A DNA stretch of 56,163 bases, taken from the IMG/VR virus record IMGVR_UViG_3300007510_000003. One strand, 5' to 3'. Within the stretch, counting starts at the first letter, position 1, and each line of letters starts with the position of its first letter. This stretch comes from an uncultured virus (IMG/VR IMGVR_UViG_3300007510_000003) (lineage: Duplodnaviria > Heunggongvirae > Uroviricota > Caudoviricetes). Positions 28,141 to 38,812 of this stretch are shown here, in pieces. The notes beneath the pieces were generated by a model. That model saw nothing but the letters and a program-made list of their open reading frames with translations. It searched no databases and was not told the DNA's origin. A program made the translations under genes and the position numbers.

Positions 28141-28491
28141 ATGGAAATAACCTATTCATTATTTTGGTTCGTAACTGGAGCAGTGCTCACAAGAGCACTC
28201 TCCAGGTTTATGCACGCAAAGGAACAGCGAGACATGATTGTGAAGATCATGGCACAGTTCCTGTTGATTTCACAAGATTTCAAAGAACAACTTAGGATTG
28301 CATTCGAGATGAAGAAAGGACATCTTGAAGAATCGGGACTTTCAAAAGAAGAGATCTCAAAACTTTGTGCGAATGAAGAAGAGGTCGTACGGAAGTGGGA
28401 TCTTGTATGCACAGCGATTATATTGAGAGGTGCACCAAAGAGTTATATAAAGTACTTTCAGGAAACAGATTTTAAAGATTTTAAACAGTAG
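28141..28491 (+). CDS. Hypothetical protein with N-terminal TM segment
   Basis: ORF track; hydrophobic N-terminus. Confidence 0.7.
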   Translation: MEITYSLFWFVTGAVLTRALSRFMHAKEQRDMIVKIMAQFLLISQDFKEQLRIAFEMKKGHLEESGLSKEEISKLCANEEEVVRKWDLVCTAIILRGAPKSYIKYFQETDFKDFKQ

Positions 28492-28493
28492 GA

Positions 28494-28793
28494 GTGAGCA
28501 TGGATATCGTTGCTTGGAGAGAAGTTAGGAACGACGACAAGACCGTCGTATGTAGAATACAATTAAGATATAAGGATGGTCGAAAGGTCAAGACTTTGTT
28601 AAGGGAGTTGGGTGAGTGGAATGAATGTTCTACGGGATTTAGTCCAAAGCGAAAGGAATCGATCCTTATTTTGCAAAGAGAGTTTCAGAATGATAATAAG
28701 TGGAAGTCGTTCTTAAGAACTTTCCCGTTCAGAATTGTCGAAAAAACGCCAACAAACAAGGAGAGAGTTTACAATGCCAAGAAAGTTATCTAA
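28494..28793 (+). CDS. Hypothetical protein
   Basis: ORF track, in operon order. Confidence 0.65.
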   Translation: MSMDIVAWREVRNDDKTVVCRIQLRYKDGRKVKTLLRELGEWNECSTGFSPKRKESILILQREFQNDNKWKSFLRTFPFRIVEKTPTNKERVYNAKKVI

Positions 28794-29541
28794 GAAGGTC
28801 GAAGCACCAGAGGGATTGATAAACAATAGTTTTGGAGAATTCGTAGTGCCGAGAAAATCTTCCAAAAAGAAGAAAAAGAAGAAAGAAGAGACCCTTGAAG
28901 AATTGGCAAATGATTTTGCCGATGAAATCATTGATTCTGGAAAGCAACCGATATACATCGTCAATAACATTGCAGGTAAGGACGATAAGGACGATATACG
29001 AGCAATCAATTGTTATGGGGACATCTCAGAACGAATGGCGGCCGAGGTTGTCCAGGCAATGCTTTACTTTGATCACACCAAGACATCGGTTGTGGAGATT
29101 GAAGATGGTAGTATGGTTGAGGTGAAGAAGCCTTTCAAGTTGTACATCTCCACTCATGGAGGTATTGTATCTGATATGTTTTCTATCATTGATATTATGA
29201 GTACAATCAAGCAAGATTGTGACATCGAAACGATTGGTATCGGTAAAGTAATGTCAGCAGGGGTATTGATCCTTGCCAGCGGTACAAAGGGGCGAAGAAA
29301 GATCGGCAAGAACTGCAGAGTGATGCTTCATAGTGTCATTAGTGGACATCACGGTTCGTTTCCCAATATTGAGAATGAGATGAAGGAAACCAAAGAGTTA
29401 CAAAACATGTATTTTGATTACCTCTGTTCATGTACGAAACTAACCAGGAACAAGATTAAAAAGTTACTTTTAAACAACGTTGATGCCTATTTATCTGCAG
29501 AGGAAGCGATCAAATACGGGATCGCAGATGATTATCTATGA
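28774..29541 (+). CDS. clpP: ClpP-family serine protease with basic N-terminal extension
   Basis: LYISTHGG, GKVMSAG (catalytic Ser), RVMLH (His), YLSAEEAIKYGIAD; start placed at ATG 28774 after AAGGAG. Confidence 0.9.
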   Translation: MPRKLSKKVEAPEGLINNSFGEFVVPRKSSKKKKKKKEETLEELANDFADEIIDSGKQPIYIVNNIAGKDDKDDIRAINCYGDISERMAAEVVQAMLYFDHTKTSVVEIEDGSMVEVKKPFKLYISTHGGIVSDMFSIIDIMSTIKQDCDIETIGIGKVMSAGVLILASGTKGRRKIGKNCRVMLHSVISGHHGSFPNIENEMKETKELQNMYFDYLCSCTKLTRNKIKKLLLNNVDAYLSAEEAIKYGIADDYL

Positions 29542-30482
29542 GTGATTTAGATCTTTTAGTTGAGTTGTTCGCCAAAGTTGGAAAACCTATTTCGGAGAAC
29601 AAGGAAGAACCAGCAACAATAGAGTATCAACCAATTGTTATGGACTTCAACTGGATGAATGATGCATCAGACGCAACCAAACCAGAAAGTTTAAAAAGAC
29701 TTCAGACAGCTGTCGCAAACGTTGTTCCTGGAAGCATTGCAGAGTTGAGTAGTTTTATTCAGCGAATGAACCAGTTCTTAACTGAAGAGATAGATATCAA
29801 CGATCATGTAGCATCTATCGCTAAGGTTGATGTCTTACGCACTTTGCACAATCTGTTGTCCGCACCAAATCAATCAGCCAAAGGGTATCAGTTTGAGCAC
29901 CTTCTGGCTGAGATCTTCGGTGGTAAGGTAATCCAGAGCACTGCGACTAACTTGGCCGATGTGGACTTCCCAGGAATGCCCGTGTCACTTAAATTTATCA
30001 AACCAGGATCGAATGTACAAGGATCTTACAAGAACTTGCGTACACATCTCCAGTCGGATGGATATTTGACCTACATTGTTGGCGAAAAGTTCCCAGAAGA
30101 CCAGAAGATTAGGTTCTATAGATTTGTCATAAATATAGATGCATATAACAAGATGGAATCTTCATTGTCCCGAAACAAGAAGAATCGGTTGGTCAAGGGC
30201 GGCACGTTTGTGTTAAAACCCGACGAACTAAAGGATTCAATATATGAATTTAAGGACATAGGAACATTGGACTTATCGAATGCTGTTGATTATACAGAAA
30301 AACTCTTTCAAGCACTTGATTCAAAATTTAAGAATCTCTTTTCAACGCTGCAGGAACTCGTTACTGCTGCGGAGAGGTTTAAGACTGACGCATCGATCCA
30401 AGGAAAGAAAGAGACGTCCGCTCAAAAATCCAAGACAATAAAGAAGACTGTCAAAACAAAGGCCGCTGCCGAAAAAATCTAA
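29538..30482 (+). CDS. Hypothetical protein with PD-(D/E)xK-like segment
   Basis: KGYQFEHLLA...LADVD...PVSLK. Confidence 0.5.
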   Translation: MSDLDLLVELFAKVGKPISENKEEPATIEYQPIVMDFNWMNDASDATKPESLKRLQTAVANVVPGSIAELSSFIQRMNQFLTEEIDINDHVASIAKVDVLRTLHNLLSAPNQSAKGYQFEHLLAEIFGGKVIQSTATNLADVDFPGMPVSLKFIKPGSNVQGSYKNLRTHLQSDGYLTYIVGEKFPEDQKIRFYRFVINIDAYNKMESSLSRNKKNRLVKGGTFVLKPDELKDSIYEFKDIGTLDLSNAVDYTEKLFQALDSKFKNLFSTLQELVTAAERFKTDASIQGKKETSAQKSKTIKKTVKTKAAAEKI

Positions 30483-30490
30483 CAAACCAC

Positions 30491-30519
30491 TTGACATCTA
30501 GTGTATACTTGATTATAAT
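30491..30519 (+). promoter_or_regulatory. Consensus sigma70 promoter for groEL
   Basis: TTGACA-17 nt-TATAAT. Confidence 0.85.
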
Positions 30520-30536
30520 ATAACCATACAAAGTGA

Positions 30537-32120
<1,584 letters not shown>

Positions 32121-32173
32121 TTGCCCTTGTCGCAACTAGTTATTGTGTGGATGAAGTCCAGGAGGGTTAATAA

Positions 32174-32443
32174 ATGTCAGAAGATCTTGATAGGAACTTG
32201 GTGTTAGAGTTGACTAGAAAACTAGATAAGTTATGTTTAGCAATTGAGACAGTTAAGGATCGACAGGATGAGATGATGGAGAATGTCGGCAAGATCAAAG
32301 AAGCCGTATACAACCCAGATGAGGGACTCTACGCACGCATCAGGGCGCTTGAGTCCTGGAGAGATACATCTTCCAAGGTTATCTGGACTTTGTTTACGGC
32401 CGTCGTGGGTCTTGCAAGTGCATTGCTTATTAAAGTTTTGTAA
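32174..32443 (+). CDS. Coiled-coil protein with C-terminal TM segment
   Basis: Heptad pattern then IWTLFTAVVGLASALLIKVL. Confidence 0.7.
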   Translation: MSEDLDRNLVLELTRKLDKLCLAIETVKDRQDEMMENVGKIKEAVYNPDEGLYARIRALESWRDTSSKVIWTLFTAVVGLASALLIKVL

Positions 32444-32458
32444 TAACACGGAGAAATA

Positions 32459-32746
32459 ATGAAGGTAAAAGTATCTTATACGATCGATTTGGAAGAAATA
32501 CCAAATAAGATTAAAGAAATTGTGAAAAAGAACGAAGATTTGATATCACAAATCAAAGAGATAACGCAGGAAATCCACGCAGGTGATCTGGGAGTTAAGT
32601 CCCTGAACGACCTGGGTAGAATGAGGCAGTTATCTGCGGACCTTTCCGAATCGTACGCTGATTGTGAGTCTATCTTGAGTGGGTTCATGAAAGCCATGTT
32701 TGTGGAACCAAAAAGGGAGGCACCTAGCGATGATGATAACGCTTGA
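32459..32746 (+). CDS. Hypothetical protein
   Basis: ORF track; GGAG RBS. Confidence 0.7.
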   Translation: MKVKVSYTIDLEEIPNKIKEIVKKNEDLISQIKEITQEIHAGDLGVKSLNDLGRMRQLSADLSESYADCESILSGFMKAMFVEPKREAPSDDDNA

Positions 32747-33014
32747 TGTACTGTCGAGAGATTCTGCATTTAATAATGGATTGGTTAGGGACGTGTTCAG
32801 CACAACACCAATGTCGATTAATACAAACTCTATTATCTCGGTGAGTCCTTCTCATCAGAACATCCAGGAAGTTAATGGTAACACCGCAGACGACCTTAAG
32901 TTTACAGAAGTTGTATATTCTATGGGATCATCTGTAGCAAGAATTACAGTCCTGGGAGAATACGCACAGGTATTGAAGTCTATGAAGGACACCAGGAGAC
33001 TTCTCAATGGCTAG
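32730..33014 (+). CDS. Hypothetical protein
   Basis: ORF track 32700..33014; start more likely at MMIT after GGAGG. Confidence 0.6.
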   Translation: MMITLDVLSRDSAFNNGLVRDVFSTTPMSINTNSIISVSPSHQNIQEVNGNTADDLKFTEVVYSMGSSVARITVLGEYAQVLKSMKDTRRLLNG

Positions 33015-33261
33015 GGGGACAAGTTATTTAGTTTATGGGCGATCCTCTTGTCCGTACTGTATAGAGGCTGTGCATCTCCTGGATTTTGCTGGTATAGAAT
33101 ATGATTTTTTTGACCTAGAGGACGATCGAGAGTTCCTAGAAGAAGCGAAGAAGTTTTATGACCACCGCACGGTACCAATTGTCTTGCGCATCGACGGAGA
33201 AACTGGTATAGTTAAATTAGTTGGTGGTTGTGATGACCTGAAAGGCGAATTAAGTGATTAG
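33007..33261 (+). CDS. Glutaredoxin
   Basis: CPYC, TVP and VGGCDDL motifs. Confidence 0.92.
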   Translation: MARGTSYLVYGRSSCPYCIEAVHLLDFAGIEYDFFDLEDDREFLEEAKKFYDHRTVPIVLRIDGETGIVKLVGGCDDLKGELSD

Positions 33262-33655
33262 TTGTGATTTAGAACCGATTTATGAACATGAAGGTATTAG
33301 GAAGTTTGCAAAAGGCAAGACTAAATTCGGTAGATACCATGGAAGTATGTTTTGGAATGTACCAGGGTTCGCATCGAAGAAGTGGGTAATTGCTGCGAGG
33401 ATTAGGGTCGAGGACTCCATCCCGCCTTCGGTTACCGATGAAGATTTAATAGACGGGTGTATAGAATTTCTAAATGCCCCTCCCCCAAGAAGAAAGTTTC
33501 AGAGAAGAATTAGGAAACCAAAGTATGGAAGTCTAGAACTTCACAGTGCTAAGGTGATTAGAAAGCAAGAAGATATGTTTATCAGTGTATTGCTTATAAC
33601 AGAAGAAAGAAACAGCAAACATTTTTGGGGTAAGGGTTTTGTCAGCGGGAGATAG
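33254..33655 (+). CDS. Hypothetical protein
   Basis: ORF track; overlaps both neighbours. Confidence 0.65.
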   Translation: MISCDLEPIYEHEGIRKFAKGKTKFGRYHGSMFWNVPGFASKKWVIAARIRVEDSIPPSVTDEDLIDGCIEFLNAPPPRRKFQRRIRKPKYGSLELHSAKVIRKQEDMFISVLLITEERNSKHFWGKGFVSGR

Positions 33656-33989
33656 TGATATCAAACTGAAGTTCAAACCTGATTCTCTGGAAGAATGGCG
33701 CAAATGGACTGTTGAGTGTTTGAGCTTCAGTAAGGAACTTTTGAGAGCAGCACATTGTGAGGACATGAACGTCTCAGAGACTGTTTATCAGGAGTTAAAC
33801 AAGATCTGCGTCAACGCTTTTATATTTAGAAATTTCCTGGATGAACTGATAGAGGTTGTTGAGTTGAACGAAAATGGAGAACTTGAACTTCTAGAAGAAG
33901 AGATAGCAAACATTTGGAAATGTTTGTTGGCATTATCTGAGTCTAAGAAACTTTTAAAAGATGCATCGCTGAGTCTGGAAGTACACTGA
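33639..33989 (+). CDS. Hypothetical protein
   Basis: ORF track. Confidence 0.6.
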   Translation: MSAGDSDIKLKFKPDSLEEWRKWTVECLSFSKELLRAAHCEDMNVSETVYQELNKICVNAFIFRNFLDELIEVVELNENGELELLEEEIANIWKCLLALSESKKLLKDASLSLEVH

Positions 33990-34327
33990 TGAAGATGTCG
34001 TTAGGTATCGTACTGGTTTTCGTTGGCCAGATCGTAGGGTGGTTTCAATTAAATTCTCAATATATCTCTGACTGGTGGAAAGACAAACCAATCACTGCAG
34101 CATTTGTGTTGGGTGTGCCGTGTTCACTTGCTTTTTGGTATTCTTGGAAGTTTATTGTCGATGAGACTGGTTCAGCATGGACAGCAAGATTTATAGGGTC
34201 TTCGGCAGGACTGATCATATTTCCTATACTGACTTGGTTTCTATTGGGAGAGTCGATGCTCACGCCCAAGACTATGGTCTGTTTCGGACTAGCGGTTTTA
34301 ATAATTTTTATTCAACTTTACTATTGA
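33989..34327 (+). CDS. Small four-TM membrane protein (SMR/DMT-like architecture)
   Basis: Four hydrophobic segments; WFLLGESM pattern near the C-terminus. Confidence 0.65.
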   Translation: MKMSLGIVLVFVGQIVGWFQLNSQYISDWWKDKPITAAFVLGVPCSLAFWYSWKFIVDETGSAWTARFIGSSAGLIIFPILTWFLLGESMLTPKTMVCFGLAVLIIFIQLYY

Positions 34328-34352
34328 CATTCTATTGGGCAGTGCTTATAAT
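34324..34352 (+). promoter_or_regulatory. Consensus sigma70 promoter for hsp20
   Basis: TTGACA-17 nt-TATAAT. Confidence 0.85.
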
Positions 34353-34358
34353 ATAGGT

Positions 34359-34420
34359 ATGATTGAGTTGCTTCGGGACTTGATCATAAAATGTAACTTG
34401 CTTAATAAGGAGGAAATAAC
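34359..34420 (+). promoter_or_regulatory. ROSE-like RNA thermometer in the hsp20 5' UTR
   Basis: 5' hairpin ATGATTGAGTT/GACTTGATCAT; TTGCT (34398-34402) positioned to pair with the AAGGAGG SD. Confidence 0.6.
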
Positions 34421-34855
34421 ATGAACAACATAGCAATACATAGACCAGGACTTCTGGGTCACAAGTACTTAAGTGAAGTTTTAGATAATCTGTTTAGTGA
34501 TCAACACTTTATGGATGGTGCGATTAAGCACACAACAAAGGGCTATCCCGTTGCCGACATTTATCGAGACGACGATGGTTCTACAATTCTGGAGTTTGCC
34601 CTAGCAGGGTTCAAGAAGAAAGAACTCACTATTGACATTCAGACTGATAAGCGGTCAATCACTATAACTGGTCAGGTAGACGAGAACAACGAGAAGCGCC
34701 AACGCATTGCCCGTAGGAACTTCACGAAAACGTACGTTAACTATGACGACAACCTTGATCTTGCTGCAGCACAAGCGCAGTTTGAGAACGGTTTGCTTTC
34801 AGTTAGAGTTCCGCAGCGCCCAGAGGTACAACCACTGTCAATCAAGATTGACTAA
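34421..34855 (+). CDS. Small heat shock protein (Hsp20/IbpA family)
   Basis: YPVADIY, LEFALAGF, IARRNF, AQFENGLLSV, C-terminal IKI motif. Confidence 0.93.
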   Translation: MNNIAIHRPGLLGHKYLSEVLDNLFSDQHFMDGAIKHTTKGYPVADIYRDDDGSTILEFALAGFKKKELTIDIQTDKRSITITGQVDENNEKRQRIARRNFTKTYVNYDDNLDLAAAQAQFENGLLSVRVPQRPEVQPLSIKID

Positions 34856-34861
34856 ATACAT

Positions 34862-34885
34862 AAGAGGGGCTTTTGCCCCTCTTTT
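34862..34885 (+). terminator. Rho-independent terminator
   Basis: AAGAGGGGC-TTTT-GCCCCTCTT followed by T residues. Confidence 0.8.
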
Positions 34886-34922
34886 ACTTCCACCTTTGAC
34901 TATTTAATGTAAGGTATTATTT

Positions 34923-35306
34923 ATGAAAGAAGTTCAAGATTATTTTGACTCGCTCATCCAAGAAAGGCAGGATCGCTCCCGACAGACGGGCGTTTACCAG
35001 TTCTATATGATGTTAGGATACAAGTCCGAATCTGGCGGTGAGAGAGGATATAGAGGGTTGGAGGACATCGTTGCCGATATTCGAGCAATCCCTAGTATCA
35101 CCGTTGTAACCATCATGGTAAAGAATCAGAAAATATCAGAAACAGATTACATAGCAGGGTTGAAGGTAAAGTTCATACCTAGTCTACCAGGAATGATCAG
35201 ATCACCAGAGGATGCAAAATTAAAGATCCTCAGAATGATCAAACAAACAAAAGGCGTTCGCAAAATTTTTAAAGTTTCACAGGGATTTGAAAAGACAACA
35301 GTATGA
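34923..35306 (+). CDS. Hypothetical protein
   Basis: ORF track; preceded by CTATTTA motif. Confidence 0.7.
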   Translation: MKEVQDYFDSLIQERQDRSRQTGVYQFYMMLGYKSESGGERGYRGLEDIVADIRAIPSITVVTIMVKNQKISETDYIAGLKVKFIPSLPGMIRSPEDAKLKILRMIKQTKGVRKIFKVSQGFEKTTV

Positions 35307-35860
35307 ACAGAGATCTTATCTTGAAGTATTTCGTGGAATATCTTAAAGAGAGGGTAGAGTTAAAACTACTATCACTTAATTTATATGAAGAAAGGAACCA
35401 AACAGACATTACATTGAAGATGCAGTACAATTCGGAAGAGAGAGAATTTTCTGGTAACGGAGTTGGTCTCGTCGACGCTGGATTTAATGCATTGGTCAAT
35501 CACTTTGGTGAAACTTATAAGTCTTTGGACACAATAGGGTTGAGTGATTTATATTTTCAAGTAGATCATTCAGCTGGAAGGGAACTCTCATTAAAGTCTA
35601 AGACAATGATGAAGATTGAGTTCAGAAACGATATGAAGGACAGAACTTGTTTCAGTGAAAATACTACCTCCATGAGTTTCACGGGTGTTAGTGTGTTGGT
35701 CAAAGCCTTTCAGTTTTATATAAACTGTGAGTTGTTGTTTAAGAGGCTCAAGTTCCTAATCCAAGAAGCGGAAAGTAGGAGCAGACCAAACGTTGCTGCT
35801 AAGTATAAGTATGACCTTTCGAAAGTCGTGGAGGTGACTAACTATCAAACTATCGCCTAA
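35303..35860 (+). CDS. Hypothetical protein resembling the LeuA allosteric (dimerisation) domain
   Basis: FSGNGVGLVDAGFNAL...LSDLYF parallels GxGxGPVDAxxxAL...LxDY. Confidence 0.5.
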   Translation: MNRDLILKYFVEYLKERVELKLLSLNLYEERNQTDITLKMQYNSEEREFSGNGVGLVDAGFNALVNHFGETYKSLDTIGLSDLYFQVDHSAGRELSLKSKTMMKIEFRNDMKDRTCFSENTTSMSFTGVSVLVKAFQFYINCELLFKRLKFLIQEAESRSRPNVAAKYKYDLSKVVEVTNYQTIA

Positions 35861-35989
35861 AGTTCTTGAACAAACTTCCTTAATACTTTGGTCTCTAATA
35901 TTGACTGCGGTAGTGTTTTGGTATAGGGATTACGATAGGCAAATTGAATATCAGCAGACAGAATGTTCTTGTAAATACTAGTTACTTAT

Positions 35990-36277
35990 GTGGTACGAAC
36001 CAGTAGAAAAGAACCGAAAGTGGGGGACCTTGTTCATCACTATATTTTTCCAAGACACGAGTGGATCGGTTTACTTCTTAGGATAGAGCAAAGAGGAGAC
36101 GGTTATAGCGATAAGGCCCTTGTACGGATGGTCCCAGGAGTTAAGTATGAATCATATTTTACTAATCTAAGGAGGTCTGAAAACGGTCAAGGTTGGCTCT
36201 ACAAAAAATGGTTGTGGGTTTACGACGGAGGTAAGACTGATGCTGAAATCATTAACGCCTATTTTCATAGAGAATAG
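35990..36277 (+). CDS. SH3/KOW-like small protein
   Basis: KVGDLVHH...IGLLL pattern. Confidence 0.6.
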   Translation: MVRTSRKEPKVGDLVHHYIFPRHEWIGLLLRIEQRGDGYSDKALVRMVPGVKYESYFTNLRRSENGQGWLYKKWLWVYDGGKTDAEIINAYFHRE

Positions 36278-36611
36278 TAGAGTCCCAGTTTGGTTGAGCA
36301 AGATTGCTCCAATTGAGATCGGAGCGATTAATCTTGGTATTTTTGTCTGGTGTCGCGGAGAAGTAGGCGAAACAACCAGGCGCCACGAGTGTATCCATTT
36401 TCAGCAGCAAATCGAGTGCTTTTTTGTCGGATTTCTAATTCTTTACGGATGGTACTGGATGAAGGGATACTTGAGACACGGCAACGGCAGGAAGGCGTAT
36501 TATGACATTCCATTCGAAAGAGAATCATATGACTGCGAAGACGAGGAAGATTATCTCGAAAAGAGAAAGAGATATGCCTGGAATAATTATATTGGACGCC
36601 CCCTACCATAA
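36240..36611 (+). CDS. Small zincin-like protein
   Basis: RRHECIHFQQQ (HExxH) and IPFERESY. Confidence 0.7.
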   Translation: MLKSLTPIFIENSRVPVWLSKIAPIEIGAINLGIFVWCRGEVGETTRRHECIHFQQQIECFFVGFLILYGWYWMKGYLRHGNGRKAYYDIPFERESYDCEDEEDYLEKRKRYAWNNYIGRPLP

Positions 36612-36624
36612 CATAAAAAAAAGA

Positions 36625-36653
36625 TTGACTTCATAAAACATATCTGGTATAGT
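36625..36653 (+). promoter_or_regulatory. Sigma70-type promoter with extended -10
   Basis: TTGACT-17 nt-TATAGT with a TG motif. Confidence 0.7.
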
Positions 36654-36686
36654 ATATAAACAATAACAAACAAAGGAGAGGTAATA

Positions 36687-36890
36687 GTGGTACAAAAGAA
36701 GAGACACGTCGCTAAGGCGCTAACGTGGAGAATTGTAGGAACACTGGACACGTTCATATTATCGTGGATAATGACTGGTAGCATTGACTATGCAGCAATG
36801 TTTAGTGGCATAGAGATTTTGACCAAGACGGTCCTATACTATACTCATGAGAGGTTGTGGTACAAGACAAGGTTTGGTGTTGACAAATAA
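36687..36890 (+). CDS. DUF2061-family small membrane protein
   Basis: RHVAKALTWRIVGTLDT...TKTVLYYTHERLW. Confidence 0.85.
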   Translation: MVQKKRHVAKALTWRIVGTLDTFILSWIMTGSIDYAAMFSGIEILTKTVLYYTHERLWYKTRFGVDK

Positions 36891-37067
36891 TTGAGAGTCG
36901 GAGATTTGGTAAAATATACTCACTGGCACCATGATCCCTTGTTATCCCCCAAGGTGAAGCATGGTATAATACTCAAGGAGCCAAATGAGGTGGGCAAACT
37001 TCTAGTGCTCTTCGGTGAGCAGAGACTTTGGGTGTGGTCTGGGGATTTAAGTTTGGTGAGAGAATGA
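36891..37067 (+). CDS. SH3/KOW-like small protein (MRVGDLVKY...)
   Basis: TTG start; 58 aa; below the ORF track cutoff. Confidence 0.55.
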   Translation: MRVGDLVKYTHWHHDPLLSPKVKHGIILKEPNEVGKLLVLFGEQRLWVWSGDLSLVRE

Positions 37068-37086
37068 ATGTTATGGAAGTAAACGA

Positions 37087-37623
37087 TTGGTATGGTGTCA
37101 TAACGATGGAGAACAGGCAATGGTATATTCTCGCGATAGTGGCCTTGTTTGTCCTTCAGGTTTATCTGTTCTGGAGAACGAGAGATTGATAGAAGAGAGG
37201 TACAATGTAAAACCAGGCGACATGATCATGACAGATATTGGTACAGGGCTGTTGATCAAAGAGACTAGGGCGTATTGGTTTTACTTGTTTAGGGACAGAG
37301 TAAATAGAATCAAGAAGGCGCAGTTTTGGCAAATGATTGACTGTGGTAATATGAGAATCAAATATGCTGAGAACAAGAAATATAGAAGAACACAGAAAAG
37401 ATACAGAACCCTGGACATGCGAGGTATATCCACAACCAACATTGAGAGGGAACTGGATGAGTTTTTAAACTTTGTTTCATTCCCGTCGAGTGTAGTTTTT
37501 GGACCCAATTCTTCTGATAAGTTGAGCGCGGTCTTTAAGAAGTTGAATGAGATGGATTTAGAATACTATGAAGAGAAGGGGTTCTCTTCCGAATTAAGAC
37601 CAGTTATAAGGATTGTTGGATGA
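37087..37623 (+). CDS. Hypothetical protein, C-terminal Smr-like domain
   Basis: RTLDMRG...ELDEFL...VVFG resembles Smr LDLHG...IIHG; start uncertain. Confidence 0.45.
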   Translation: MVWCHNDGEQAMVYSRDSGLVCPSGLSVLENERLIEERYNVKPGDMIMTDIGTGLLIKETRAYWFYLFRDRVNRIKKAQFWQMIDCGNMRIKYAENKKYRRTQKRYRTLDMRGISTTNIERELDEFLNFVSFPSSVVFGPNSSDKLSAVFKKLNEMDLEYYEEKGFSSELRPVIRIVG

Positions 37624-37874
37624 TTGAAGCGACAGTATATATTCTCAAGAATAATCATATCGAAGATAGGACTTCGACTTTTGACTGTAAGGCAAAAGAT
37701 TTCGAAAATCACTTGACTTACATCTACGGAAAGGATAATATGGATAATGTAGAGTGGGACATATGGGAACCTCCAGAAGAGGAGGGATTGGAGGAGGTTG
37801 AACTAGAATCAGAGGTTGGAAAATACCTCAAGAAAAAAATGAAGAGAAAAAAAGATCTTAACCAAAACAATTAA
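37620..37874 (+). CDS. Hypothetical protein
   Basis: ORF track. Confidence 0.6.
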   Translation: MIEATVYILKNNHIEDRTSTFDCKAKDFENHLTYIYGKDNMDNVEWDIWEPPEEEGLEEVELESEVGKYLKKKMKRKKDLNQNN

Positions 37875-37888
37875 AAGGAGTACATAAA

Positions 37889-38326
37889 ATGGGTAAGAAG
37901 ACAATAGCAAAGGAAGGTCGTGCAGTGCATGTTCACTACAAGGGAACCTTCGAGGACGGAACTGTTTTTGATAGTTCGTATGACCGTGGCGAGGCCATTG
38001 AGTTTACTGTGGGTGCAGGGCAGATGATCCCTGGATTTGACGCAGCTGTTAATGGGATGAAGGTTGGCGAAACGAAGACTGTTACACTTGAACCTGAACA
38101 GGCTTATGGTGAACATAATCCTGAAGGCATCCAATCTGTGCCAAAACAATCATTTCCAGAGAACTTTGAGTTTGAAGCGGGAGTGGTTATTGAAGGAAAC
38201 GTACAGAATCAGCCAGTTCGTGGAGTGATTAATCAGGTTGAGGAGGAGTTTGTTGTGATTGATTTTAATCATCCTATGGCAGGCAAGAATCTCAACTTTG
38301 ATATCGAATTAGTAGAGGTAAATTAG
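37889..38326 (+). CDS. FKBP-type peptidyl-prolyl isomerase (SlyD/FkpB-like)
   Basis: VHYKGTFEDGTVFDSS, GQMIPGFD, PEQAYG, DFNHPMAGKNLNFDI. Confidence 0.95.
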   Translation: MGKKTIAKEGRAVHVHYKGTFEDGTVFDSSYDRGEAIEFTVGAGQMIPGFDAAVNGMKVGETKTVTLEPEQAYGEHNPEGIQSVPKQSFPENFEFEAGVVIEGNVQNQPVRGVINQVEEEFVVIDFNHPMAGKNLNFDIELVEVN

Positions 38327-38364
38327 ATCACCTTTTGAACCCCTGTCTGTACTAATTACTTAGT

Positions 38365-38598
38365 ATGGACAGGGAGTTTAACAGAGGCGATGAGGTTTAC
38401 TTAAGGGACTTTCCTCTAGGTAAACCAATTAATGTTTTTGGAAAAGTAGTTGGGTTTCTTCCCAATGATTATTACAATGTTTTATTGTTAAACGGGTTAA
38501 ACGAGGGTAGGATTACCAAATTTAAGTCGTGGAGTTTAATTAGAAAGAAAGATGTCAAAAGAATGGAGAGTGGGGAGTGGTTACCATTGGAAGTCTGA
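38365..38598 (+). CDS. SH3/KOW-like small protein
   Basis: FNRGDEVYL...GKVVG. Confidence 0.6.
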   Translation: MDREFNRGDEVYLRDFPLGKPINVFGKVVGFLPNDYYNVLLLNGLNEGRITKFKSWSLIRKKDVKRMESGEWLPLEV

Positions 38599-38812
38599 CG
38601 AAGACAGTGGGTATTCAGTGGATGACTTGGACACGAAACAATTATCAGATCTTGGGCCAAGAGCAGATTTATTTGCGAGATTGTTTATATTAACCAGAGA
38701 GGCACTAGAGTCTTATAAAGAACTTGATCGAGGATTCGAAGGTGACAGTCTTGACATCTGTCATCACATCAGTCGATACATATCACAAAATAAAAAATGT
38801 CTAAGAGATTAA
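38552..38812 (+). CDS. Hypothetical protein
   Basis: ORF track. Confidence 0.55.
   Translation: MSKEWRVGSGYHWKSDEDSGYSVDDLDTKQLSDLGPRADLFARLFILTREALESYKELDRGFEGDSLDICHHISRYISQNKKCLRD

Noticed and set aside
35844..35981. Possible ~45-aa membrane ORF starting at a non-canonical ATC after GGAGGT
   Set aside because: It fills the gap plausibly but has no ATG/GTG/TTG at the expected position; cannot be supported without conservation data.
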